DNA from: Phallusia mammillata
Taxonomy: Eukaryota
Assembly (NCBI GenBank): GCA_965637545.1
Contig: OZ281500.1
Coordinates: 6,510,001 to 6,574,000, forward strand
Length of the DNA: 64,000 nt
Direction: 5' to 3'
Both the position numbers and the translations under genes were made by a program. The notes beneath the pieces were generated by a model. That model saw nothing but the letters and a program-made list of their open reading frames with translations, was not told the origin of the DNA and did no database searches. Positions 1-11,300 of this stretch are shown in pieces (positions within the stretch are counted from its first letter, which is position 1; each line of letters starts with the position of its first letter).

Positions 1-16
1 TTGTGTTATCTTGCAG

Positions 17-3000
17 CGCTTGCTCGAATACTGCAAGAGGAATTCGATCCGAATTTCGATCCAGTTTACCTTTGCCCATCCATACTCGTGGGATAATAAG
101 TACAATAAGGAAGGTTTGCAGAGTTTGTCCGAGAAGGGGATCAAGTTGAAGCCATTAAGGTACAATTTAGCAATTTCGGCTAAGTCAATAGACTCAATCT
201 GCGGAAGACTCGACACGGAGTAGCGGAATCCTTACTATTTATTGTTATTTTATTTTGAATCAAGAAACCATTATACCTGGGTCCTTTATTTTGTTTTATT
301 TTCAACAATTACAAGGAACAAACGTAGTGAAATGACAGTCAAATCCATGCTACAGGGAAAAGTAAACCTAGACGTAAGCTGTCGTGAGAAGCACAAATAA
401 TTTTCAATGAACAAGGTGTTGCTGGAACAGATTGTTTCTGGCAAAATATATGGCATATGATATGTCATGGCTCATATAAATGCAAAGATTTGTTCGAAAA
501 AGTTTGTTTCGTTTCATAACAAAAAAAATAATTTTTCGGTTCACCCTATTTTGGTGTCCATGTCGATGGTAACCCTGATATGTCTCCAACATCTTGACAA
601 GTTGAAATTGTCCACAAATATAAACCAAGAGGGTATTCCTTGTCACCTACACGACTACAATATACACCACACCTTCTGCAATCAAAACGTAACGTATTGC
701 ATTTATAGTCTTCAGCAAGGACTGAATCTAATGATCAACGATGTCCACGACACCCTGGAGACTTTCGACGAACTGCAAACGAGCAGAGGAACAATCCTTC
801 TCAATTATCACACACTGAAACGCGCGGCATCGAGACTGCGGGAAGCAGTGAATGTGAAAAGCGACTTCTATTTTCAGGACAACTTCGAACGTTTGAACGC
901 AATTTTAGGTAATGGTAAACTTGTGGTAAAAAATATAAATGCCATGTAGCTTGCAAATTAAGTTGGACCACAAAAAACAAGGGCTAGCCAGATCCACACT
1001 TTAGACCTCATTTCCCACCGGGTTTATGTTACCCGCTAGATAAGGTTTGCAGTAAACTGCCTGCAGTTTAAGTCAGTTTTTGAAAACCTGAGAAGCATAG
1101 AGGCAACCACAAAACTGCTGTGAAGTGGGAAACGTATTTATGCATGGTAGCGCAAAAACGTATTACCCAACAGTGGCCACAGGTGCGCCGCCAATAGCTA
1201 GTTAACCACTATAACGTTCCCGATATTTGTTTGTCACCGACAATGACTTAAGTACATACGTTATGGTTGAATTTTGTGCAGGTTACCAAAACCACCTACA
1301 CACACACACTTCAAGCTCAATTGAGGAAGCTACAAACTTTTCTTTGGCCACATACAGGGATTACTTTTTGCTACAAAACAGCGACGAGATTTGGGCAAAA
1401 TTAAAAGTCGACCTGACAAAGGACAGCGAAGGCGTAATGCGGGTGAGTATTTAGCTTTTTAACAAGTACTTACATAGGACTGTGGCTCACACATAACGAT
1501 AGACATGCAGTAACGAACCATTAAAACAAGTAATTTTTTCTCAAAGGAAGTAATTCACACAGTTACACAACAAACATGGCTTGTAAAACCTTTAGAAATA
1601 GATTTAAAAATCCAAAAACCTCAGCAATACAAATTTACTATGACAATATATTGTATATGCTCGAAACGGAAGGTTTGTGTTACAAAGCATGTTTACCATC
1701 CAGATGTTTTACCTTCCACATTTTTATAGGACCAAAAGCTATTCGAACGAATTTACAACGTACCAGGACCAAAATCGCCCAAGCATGGGAAGAACAATAC
1801 AGTGAAAGATCCACTGAACCCCAAAACTCATCTTCAACCGCTTGCTGACACGATCTGGCGTCTGGTGAGTGTTTGGTTGCGGTTTAGTAGAACATGAATA
1901 CAGATGATTGACATTTTGCTGACTACTGCTGTAATGTATTTATAACAACGCCTTTGAAATGTCCGTTTGCATTTTGTTTGTTGAGTTTAAACGCCTATTG
2001 AAACCATCTTGTAAGAAAATATTTTTTTAGGTGTCGAATTGGCATATTGTGGTTAATTTAACGTTGACAGAATTCCTGCTACAATTTAAAGCAACCTCAA
2101 AGGTCGACCAAAATAAAAGTAAACAACCCTACCCAGTGTAATTACACCTACCATTACAATATTTGACTTATATAAAGAGAAGCAATAAATGCGCTCTTTA
2201 CGATTTCGACAACGCATTAATAATGAATTCACAACACACTGTCGGTCCAGTGTGGTACAAAAATCGATCTTAACCTCGTTACTTTTAATCCAGATCGGCG
2301 ACAACGTCACCCTTGGCGAGCTCGCTAGTCAGGACGAGATAGTTGTTACCATCACTGCTGTTATGAGCGAATACCCGGACCGTATGAACTGGCACAACAC
2401 TGTACGGGCACTGCATCAAAAACTATCTGACAAAATTGAAGACGCCCATTTGGGAAAAGTAAGATATTAAAGTGCTATGTACTAGAATTACTTGGAGTTA
2501 GATATGGCCAAATACTTACAAACAGCTCATTGTTTACCCAGGTTTAACTTGTGATAAAATCTGTTGTAAAACAGAAAGATACACAATTCTTCCCCTGAAA
2601 TTTACATTGATTGCCCCTCTTTCCCACAGAATTTTTACGTATCTTCTTGCGTTAACCTTTTAATTCTTTCAAATCTTAGGTCCGCGTCGAAACACACATC
2701 CGTTACGCAATAAACCTCAAAGACAGCAACCAATCGCAACCGAGGGCAAAGGTCAACGGGGTCGCAAGCGGGGTCACAACTGAATGCATGCACGTGCAAG
2801 ATATCCTCTTCGACATGTTAGAAGACCTGGAAGACAATGTAAAGCACCTCGAAAGCGTGGACTTCGGAAGAGGAGTAAACCTTTGCGTGGACAAGACTTC
2901 TGTATCCTCGGCTCTCGGCGTCCTTAACAAAGCAATCAAGATACGAACAGGGGATGGAGAAATTCATTCAATGAACAGTGATTTTACTGACTGCTATGTC

Positions 3001-3018
3001 GAGAATTCTTTGGCATAA
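17..3018 (+). CDS. AID/APOBEC-like deaminase-fold gene A, 5'-partial, two tandem domains (D1 C-terminal half plus degenerate D2)
   Basis: Phase-consistent GT-AG exons 17-159, 709-908, 1282-1442, 1730-1864, 2294-2458, 2680-3018 (TAA). D1 reads RLLEYCKRNSIRISIQFTFAHPYSWDNKYNKEGLQSLSEKGIKLKPLSLQQGL, matching the alpha3-beta4-loop7-alpha4-beta5 pattern of AID/APOBEC (xIFxARLY...EGLRxLxxAGVxIxxM). D2 reads EEATNFSLATYRDYFL..EIWAKLKVDL..THLQPLAD..VTITAVMSEYPDRMNWHNTVRAL..VRVETHIRY..TECMHVQDILFDML. Confidence 0.7.
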
Positions 3019-3533
3019 ATACGCAGTTGGCGATAACGTATTTGTCGCCTACTTAAAATTAGAAGTCTCGTCTTGCTACCTAAACAGAATCACGCTCGCA
3101 CACACTTACGAAGTACATTTAAATTGCAACTCATGCGTTCGGTTAATGCAGTACTGTATTGCTATGTTATGTCTTTTGGTAGATCATTGAACGTGCATTC
3201 TAAAAACAACATTACAAGACCATATTATACAAGAATTGGACCAAAACAGTGCTCTTTTTGTTTTTCGTAACATTTGCAGTACAGTTTGACCATAAAACCG
3301 TAGTATATCCGAACAATGATTATGTGTCACAATTTTAATGTCCTCACACGTATTTTGCAAATACACAATATTGGACGTTTCGACAAACTTGTACATATTG
3401 CTTAACAAAACAGCGCTCAGCGCCACACAACGCAATATCCCGATTGCTAAATAATGCATAGGAAATTTGACCAATTTCTACCCCACTACTTTAATTAAAT
3501 GTTTTGAGCTATTTGTCAGCAAGCCGATCAGTC

Positions 3534-5510
3534 ATGAAAGTCTATTGCTGTCAACAGCACTGGGAAAACATGTTAAAGGTAGTTCAACCAGCCACAATTA
3601 GCCTGCATGAATATCTGGAATTCTTTCTCGAGACCCGAACTAGTGATGCAAATGCAAGCAGGATCATTGTTAAGTGCGACCTTGTGTATGACGGTCAGCT
3701 CAGGTATAAGAAAACATGATAAACAGCAAGCGGACCTAGGCTATTTTTCGAGTAATACGTTTATTAGCGTGTTTTTGTCACAGGTGCCGTTGCTTAACAG
3801 TATGATACTCTTTGGTGGGAAGGCCATTACCAAACAAATTTCATTGACTTCAAATTAGTAAACTATAACTTCATAAATCAATCAAGATATTTTAGGAGTT
3901 TAACCATTATCAATATGCAGCACAACATATAGCCAGAAAGCACATTTCGACGCCACTACAAATTACTTGTCGGTTTAATCAGGTTTAGCAAAGTCCTGCG
4001 AGGTGGAGAGAACAAGGGCGAAAACGCTGAACTTCAAGTGGCAAAAGATTTGAAGTCTATACTTACTGACGACCGGCCTTGGTCGAAAAAGGAATGCTCA
4101 GTAAACGTAAGTGGAGAGACCAAAATAATGCACTAAAACCGCAAAGGTAAAGAGCGGTTGTCAAAATAAATTTACTAGAGGAAAAAAATTCTGTGCGCAA
4201 AACAAAAAAATATTTTGTGATTGCAAAATAAAGACACTAGAACAACCTTAAAAACAAAAGTTCTGTCCGATGATTAAAGCGAAAAAAGCCTACTCACTCA
4301 TTTTCTCTACAATATACTTGTCTGTTTTTTTAGATAATCGTCAACAAAAGTCTCAGCATCATTAGCGCCGAGCAGTTCACGCAAGTTCATCGCCAGTTGC
4401 GAGCAAGGGTCGGAGCTGGCGCAGTGTTTAGGGTGTCGTACGCCCATCCCTGTCACTATGTTAACCAACGAGCTTTGACCAACCTCCATAGGGCTGGGAT
4501 TAAGCTGCAAGTGCTCGCGGTGGAAGATATACTCAGGGAAGCGATCAAAGATTGTCTCAAGCAAGTTTGTTTTTATTTTGCAAAAGCATTGTAGCCCACT
4601 ATTAGGACGAACGAAGTATTAAGTAAGAAAAGTGAAAAAGCTTTAGGTAACAAGAAAGGTAAAAACAGAGAAAAGAGTAAATAAAAATACACGCCAATGC
4701 ACTTGGCGTTACCTTTTTTGGTAAATCGGGTTGAGAGCACAAATCGGATGGAGTGTATCAATTTCGTTTCAATTTCATAGCGTTTATTTTATCATGGTAA
4801 TTTCATCGTAACAATTTCATCGCAGCAATTACATCGTGACAACACAGCAAGTTTGTCCCTTGTGATTATATCTTTGTGGTAATTTTAACCGGAAAGACAA
4901 ATTGACAGAGAGTATCAATTGACAACTCAAACTAAAAAAACCTGTCCAGATTCCTTTTACATTGTAAAAGTAAAATTTACAACATCATATGTTAATGCTA
5001 TCAGACGAAATCGGTTAATCAGGATAAAACGCAGTTGGAATCCCGACTAACCGGTTCGGGGCTTTTCACTAGCACGAAGTTCGTTCTTCATGTCCAACAA
5101 CAACGTTTTGCCTTAACTACACCTTAGTATCGTATAACGAGTCCAATCCATGTGCTAATAATAACGCGGCAACATAGCATCGAACTTAAATTAACTTTAC
5201 GAAATCTCACAAAAACAGCTCATGACTGGTAAAACTACGTACAATATCAATACTGTAATACATTTCCAGTGACGTGCAAGGCCTTGCCTATTTGTCGTTG
5301 CAAAAACTACGAAACGTATCAGTCACGTGCGACCAAACGACAATCAACGCAGCTCATTTTCTGCTACTGAATAGCTTCCAAGTAAACGCGACTTCCCTGG
5401 CCGAACACGTGATCAAGGGTAACTACGAACGAGATCAGTATGTGCTTGGACTTCGACAGGAAATGCGGAAGGTGGATCAAATCAAGTTAATCAACTTAGA
5501 ATGCCTTTGA
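3534..5510 (+). CDS. AID/APOBEC-like pseudo-deaminase gene B (single domain D3, about 273 aa)
   Basis: Exons 3534-3703, 3983-4106, 4334-4564, 5023-5078, 5270-5510 join in frame. Translation ATISLHEYLEFFL..RIIVKCDLVY..GENAELQVAKDL..IIVNKSLSIISAEQF..VFRVSYAHPCHYVNQRALTNLHRAGIKLQVLAVEDIL gives the full element order of the deaminase fold, with NAE in place of HAE and SLSIIS in place of SPCxxC. The ATG lies 14 nt after a 3' splice-type site at 3519. Confidence 0.72.
4799..4840. repeat. Three degenerate tandem copies of a 14-mer (AATTTCATCGTAAC) in an intron of gene B
   Basis: aatttcatcgtaac-aatttcatcgcagc-aattacatcgtgac. Confidence 0.6.
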
Positions 5511-6404
5511 AACTGCGTAACTGAGTGAAAATTTCTAAAGTCCTATACTAAATTAACCTCAAGACAAATCTTCTCAAAGTATAACTTTATCACGAGTCTA
5601 TACCGTATATAAACTAGCAATAGCCTATACTGTACAATGGATCGAGTTAATTATATAAAAAACAAGTCCAAAACAAGCTACACGTTAAGATTGAACACCT
5701 TCTAGAAACGTTTATGTACGTAAAATCCACAAATAACAAGACCCAGTTTGGCAACAATTTTTCAGCTTTTAAGAAGCAACAGCAAAACGAGATCACCGAA
5801 AGTGACCAGGAAAAATAAAGTCTCGTTTGATGCCAGTGAGGAAGATCAAAAAGACGAAATCATTACATCAGTCAGTCAAACACCCAGCAACAAAATGTCG
5901 AGTAATGTCAGCATAAGTAAAAAGTTTTCATCGATTTTATCAACTTTGTTTCACAGCGGTGCTGACATCTGGACCTACCGGAGCAACGACAAGTGAGGCT
6001 CTACATATGACCAAGTATTTGCTAAAGGCAAAGGAAACTAATAGACCGGAGATTTGCCTCGATTTTCAAACGTATCTGCAACTGTACTTGGCCTGTGGAG
6101 GTTAGTTCTTTATGTTCAGCTCCGAGATCAATTAAGTTACCTATTAATCCGGATAATGGCTAAAGTTTTATTGCAAGTTTAATCCAAACCGTGTAGCCTA
6201 CCATTAGTTAGAATAATATATCATTTATTTGCACATTCTGGTTCAAAACAAGAAATAAGATTGGAAAACTGGGTTTATCCATTATTGACTCAGATAACAA
6301 AAAAATGCCCGCTAGCTTTGCCTTTAAAGTTGATGGATCAACTTAAATACTTTGTCACTTATGTTAAGTGCCTTTCGAGAAAATAAAACGGACTATGTTT
6401 GCAG

Positions 6405-8111
6405 GAGTAACAAAAAATACAAAACCAAAGACCGTAGAAGGCAAGTGGACGATCGAATGTAGCGTAAGTAACTCTACATCAATGCTGCGATTCTCTGGCT
6501 TAACGTACAAGGGAGGCTGCGATGGAGACAACTCAAATATCAACAGCCCTGAACTGATAAAAGAAATCCAGGCTGCGTTGAAACAATACGGGGGTAAACC
6601 AAGAAAAACATGATCAAAATCTAAATAAACTGACACCAAACACTTGGATATGATAAGCTTTTGCGAATCATGGGTTATTTTTAGGCAAGCGTGAAATACA
6701 CATGAATGTGGAAACGATAGTGGCATGTATCCCGGACAGAAACAACAGCGTCAGGCAGATCACCGCTTTAGCTGAAAAGCTTAACAAGGATTTGAGAGGA
6801 AAGACAACAGTGTCGGTGTGGTAAGTCAATAATACTGTATTGTTGTAAAACTCTAACTTGAAATGCCCTAGATGTGGAGTGATTTCGTTTCTTTTTGCAT
6901 TGTAAAAACAAAGTTTTATGAAGTACTAAATTGGTTTACATCCCTAGTTGTAATACTACAACCTAAAATACGTGGTTAGGTGTGCTGGAGTGGAAAACAT
7001 GAACGTACCGACCCAACAAGCTATCAAGCGCATGTTTCAGTCGGACTCAAGTGGTCAAGTTGCCATAGAGAAACACCTGCGTGTTATGCATATCATTGAC
7101 ATATTAAACTTCATGGTAGACGACATACTGGTAAGAAAAAGCTACTTATTGTAAAAACCCACATGTTTTGAAACCAAGAATATTTTTTCTAGACCATGTT
7201 TACACACTACCACATGGCAGCGCATGAGCGTGGCTTGTCGATAAAGATTCGACCCGCGGAATTGACAACTGCTGTGCATTTGCTGCGTTCCGCTATGCAC
7301 GTTAGCAGCGATGAAAAGCCTTATTTAAAACATAGGTAAGTATAAAGAATATCTAGAACAGAGGTGGGCAACCTTTGTTACTGTGGGGCCAAATACAATA
7401 GCCAAAATTCGATCGCGGGCCGCACCTGTGTAAAACACAAGGTGATTTCACTTTGTTGCTTACCAAATATGCTTAACTACAAGTGGCATTCGCATTTGAT
7501 GCTAGCCACATATTGCCAGGTCGCATAAAAATAGCATCGGGCGCATTAATCTGCTCAAAAATATATAACAGTTGCTGCACTCGTTTGCCAGGACATTTGA
7601 AATCCAAGGGTCTCTGTGGGCCGCACAACCTTTAATCAAGGGCCGCATTTGGCCCGCGGGCTGCAGGTTGCCCACCCCTGATCTAGAAGATGTCTTGACG
7701 TTGGACTGTTTGAAAATAAACCTAATACGTCCGAATTAAAAAGAGGTAACCTGGTTAACTGTAATAACAACGCAACCAAGGCGTATTAGCCATTATAAAT
7801 CTCACTCAATTCACGTACAATTTAGACAACATTCATTTTAGCCTATATAGCTTAAAGGCATATCTTTCAAAATCCTGTACAGAAGGAAGTGAAGGTCCAG
7901 TTTAAGAAAGTAAAAAAACATGGTCTTTTAAGTATACCACTAGAAACACATGAAGACCCGATTTTTAAGCTAATTTGATTGCAGATTGGAAGATCACAAC
8001 GCACACGAACGACTTCGTGATTCTTACCATCAAAACAAAAGCGCTCTGCTCGCCAAGAACCTGCAGCCAACCGCACAAGAACGGCATCCCAGTGACAATA
8101 AGCTTGTTTAA
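6405..8111 (+). CDS. AID/APOBEC-like pseudo-deaminase gene C (domain D4); 5' exons unresolved, may start near 5895
   Basis: In-frame exons 6405-6593, 6685-6820, 6980-7130, 7193-7335, 7985-8111 (TAA). KWTIECSV..NSPELIKEI..VETIVACIPDRNNSVRQITALAEKL..LRVMHIIDILNFMVDDIL..ERGLSIKIRPAELTTAVHLLRSAMHV..AHERL aligns by eye with D2 (SEYPDRMNWHNTVRALHQKL; TECMHVQDILFDMLEDL; GRGVNLCVDKTSVSSALGVLNKAIKI). Candidate upstream exons 5895-5916, 5957 onward and 6294 onward could not be joined in a single consistent phase. Confidence 0.62.
7359..7680. mobile_element. Non-autonomous hAT-type MITE (322 bp) in the last intron of gene C
   Basis: TIRs CAGAGGTGGGCAACC / GGTTGCCCACCCCTG (14/15 match); perfect 8-bp TSD ATCTAGAA at 7351-7358 and 7681-7688; internal GGGCCGC subterminal motifs. 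Confidence 0.9.
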
Positions 8112-8186
8112 ACACATTTCATCAATCAGAAGAATAACCTTAACGCTGTCCGCGAAAGTAATGTTTTTTTGTTGCATAACCATTTT

Positions 8187-8248
8187 GATCAAATATACGT
8201 GATCAAATATAAATGTAAAATGTCTTCGGCGTGATCAAATATAAATGT
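8187..8248. repeat. Short direct duplication between the convergent gene C and HMMR
   Basis: CGTGATCAAATATAAATGT at 8198-8216 and 8230-8248, plus a partial GATCAAATATA at 8187. Confidence 0.75.
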
Positions 8249-8301
8249 TGTCTATATGATTCTGTCTGTAAAAATGGAAGATATAATATAACTGAATGTA
8301 C

Positions 8302-11300
8302 CTGGAATGTTCTTCTGTCTTTTCGCTTAAGTCCTGTCGGAGAGATTCTACGATAGAGTTGGCTTCTTTCAGCTTGTCCACATAAGACAACAACTCAGAT
8401 TTCATATGGCTGTAAAATACCATTGGTTGTGAAGATGTATAAAAATACAGAAATAAAATAGCTCTTTTGCGGACAACCCACGTTTGTTTTGCTTCACATT
8501 CTTCGTGGTTCGATTTGAAGCTTTGAAATTCTTGAAGTAATTTGTCTTTTTTCTTTTCGACAGATTTTCTGAAAGGGAAGGTTGAAATGATGTTTTCTTG
8601 CCAAGACGTTATTTCCTAACCGAATGGTAAAATTTTACGAATTTGAATGCCTGATACTTACAATTAAAGAAATATTTGTACAGTGCTAGGTATATACTAA
8701 CTTTTCAACAACGTGGTTCACAACTACATCCGAAAGTTTTGTGATTTTCGTGTTGGCATTCTCTACTCTCTCGACTTGTGTATCGAGTGCATCGTTGACG
8801 TTCTGTTAAGAAATTTAAAATGCCAATAATTTTACTTTTTACTCATTGACTTTAGACTGATTTGTATAAAACCAATTTATGTGTCAAGGCGTGCTAAATC
8901 TTACAAGCGTTGAGAATTATTGTTACCTTTAATTTATTCTCGTAATCGCTTATAATTGTAGCAAGTGCGGCATTTAAAGTCTCGGCGAACTTCGATTCGT
9001 ACGATTTTAGTTTGGCATCCGAACAATGCAAATCATCTTGTAATCTCGCGTTATCAGCTCGCAACTTGTCCGTCACACCTGAAAACGTGAAGTAATTACC
9101 AGATAATTTTAAGTACGAGTAAAATTGTAGTGAAAGTTGATGTTATACCTTGAAGTGCACTGATTTGTTGGCCTACGTCATCACTGTGCTTCTCAATGTC
9201 CTGATTTAGTTCCTCTAAAAAACAATTTATACGAAATATTACTTACAACACTGCTGTTTTTGTTTTCTTTTGCAAAAACAGCGGAAATTGGATCCGTGTT
9301 TAAAGCTTGTGACAGCAATGGGTTTCACATTGTTTTTCTTTGTGGTAATTTTGTGGTGGTACTAAATACCACATGATACCGCATCTTGCAAGATTCGAGT
9401 GGGGGTGAGGGTTTGTAATTAAAATACCACTATGTGACTACAATTTGGTCTCATTTACCTTTGTTGGGACTGATATTCTTACATTCCATAAACCATGCAT
9501 CAAATGGTAACGTCCGGTATTTAGAACCACTCCGAATTTTGTACTCACCCAAAACAGAGTTTGCCTGCTGCAAAGCTGCTATCCTTGCTTTTGACGCTGT
9601 TACATCAGTTTCAACACTTTGCATTCTGATGCGGTCTCTTTCCAGTTGCTGGAACAGTTCAAAACATAAATGAATGTAAAAACTATATTTTTAGTTAGGA
9701 AACATATCATAACCAAACCAGACACAAACCAAACTAAGAATCGCTTTGCTATTCATCGCAGTTCTACACTGTTGCATCATATGCATACACCATCATCCAT
9801 AATTGACATTTTGATATGCACATGTATTCGTTATGTCCATGCAACTGCCTATATCCTATCCTAGCATCAATATGGCATGGTTGTTTGATAAAAAAACTAT
9901 GCCAACAGGACAGCATGCAATTGCTAAGTTAACCATTACCCTTTCGAAACTGTTGGATAATGAGCCCTTATTAGCATGTTTTAACATCAAGCAGCATTAA
10001 CCATCAAAATTATACAAAGCGTTGGTCTCACTTGGCCAATGTTTAACATAAGCATATAGAGTGGCAACTGCTAATAGTTAATATTATGCCACTAATGTAC
10101 TACCCAAAAAAATGCCATAATCCAATAAACATTTTAGGATAAAAACCTGAGTCAGAGTAGAATTTTTCCCTCTGAAGGAAACCCATAATTTTGTTGCAAA
10201 AAACTGTTGCAAAGATATGTATTTACCTGCTTATATGTTGTTAGCTGAGATTTGGAACGCTTTAAATCTAGTTCCAGGTCATTATTTCTCTTCTCCTTCA
10301 CCTCCTGTGACAGATTTATGTTTTGGTATTGTATATGCCATGTTTGTGACTTTGCGCTTCAAAATGTGCATGTTACAAAGTACAAACCTTGGTCATCAGA
10401 AAATCATTCTTCTTTTGCAGAGCAGCAATGTTTTTTTCAGCAACTTTTATTTCGCTTCCAAGTGAAAGTTTGTCTTTTGATAGTGAAGTGACTCTGCCCT
10501 CCAATCTTGCTACTTCTTGACGACTGATTTTTAAATCTTTTTCACGGTCACTGCATTGTTGCAAAAGCTGTCGAATCTAAAGAAACACCACAACTGTGTT
10601 GTTTATGTATAGTAAACAAATCAATATGGTACTGCAGCTAAAAAAATATGGCATATAAGTTTGCTACAGTTTATATACATGTGTCAGTCACTTATAAACG
10701 AGATGCATGTGTATAAAATGGACAGAGCAAAACATAAATGTGTGCCAGCACATCAGTGTGAAAGTTGGCATACAAAAGTTCACCTCTTTTTCATAAGCTT
10801 GTTTTTCCTTGTTTACACCTTTTGGGGATGCTTTGATAGTGGTTGCTTTAGATTCTCTCTTGCTATTCTGTAACAAATCATGCAACAGAGCATTGGATTA
10901 ACCACTGTTTCTGCATAATTGAACTTTTTTTACATTTTCCTAAAAAATGAATCTTGATATCAAACATATTGACAAAGACACCCCTAACATTCTAATTTGT
11001 TGGTAAGAAATCATGATGGTAACAAGGTAAAGTTACATTGAGTGATGCAGGCCCATTGAAATTGAGTTTCTTCTTTGATGAGGTGATACTTTCTGGGGCC
11101 ACAAACACATCAGAATTCCCATCAGTTGATGTTGTTGATTCCGGTTTAAATCTGTCAGTGTAGTTTTCAAACTTTAGCACTCCAAATGTTTTTTCCTTCT
11201 CAGAAAGTGTATATTGACCAGGGGCTGGACCGGAACCTAAAATATACACAAGCAATTGAAGGTTCATTTAGACACAAGAAATTGTAGAACATAGGATTAG

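Noticed and set aside
7842-7905. Alternative terminal exon for gene C (SLYSLKAYLSKSCTEGSEGPV-stop)
   Set aside because: It is phase-compatible, but 7985-8111 has a better branch point and acceptor and supplies the ER motif shared with D1 and D3. It remains possible as a minor isoform.
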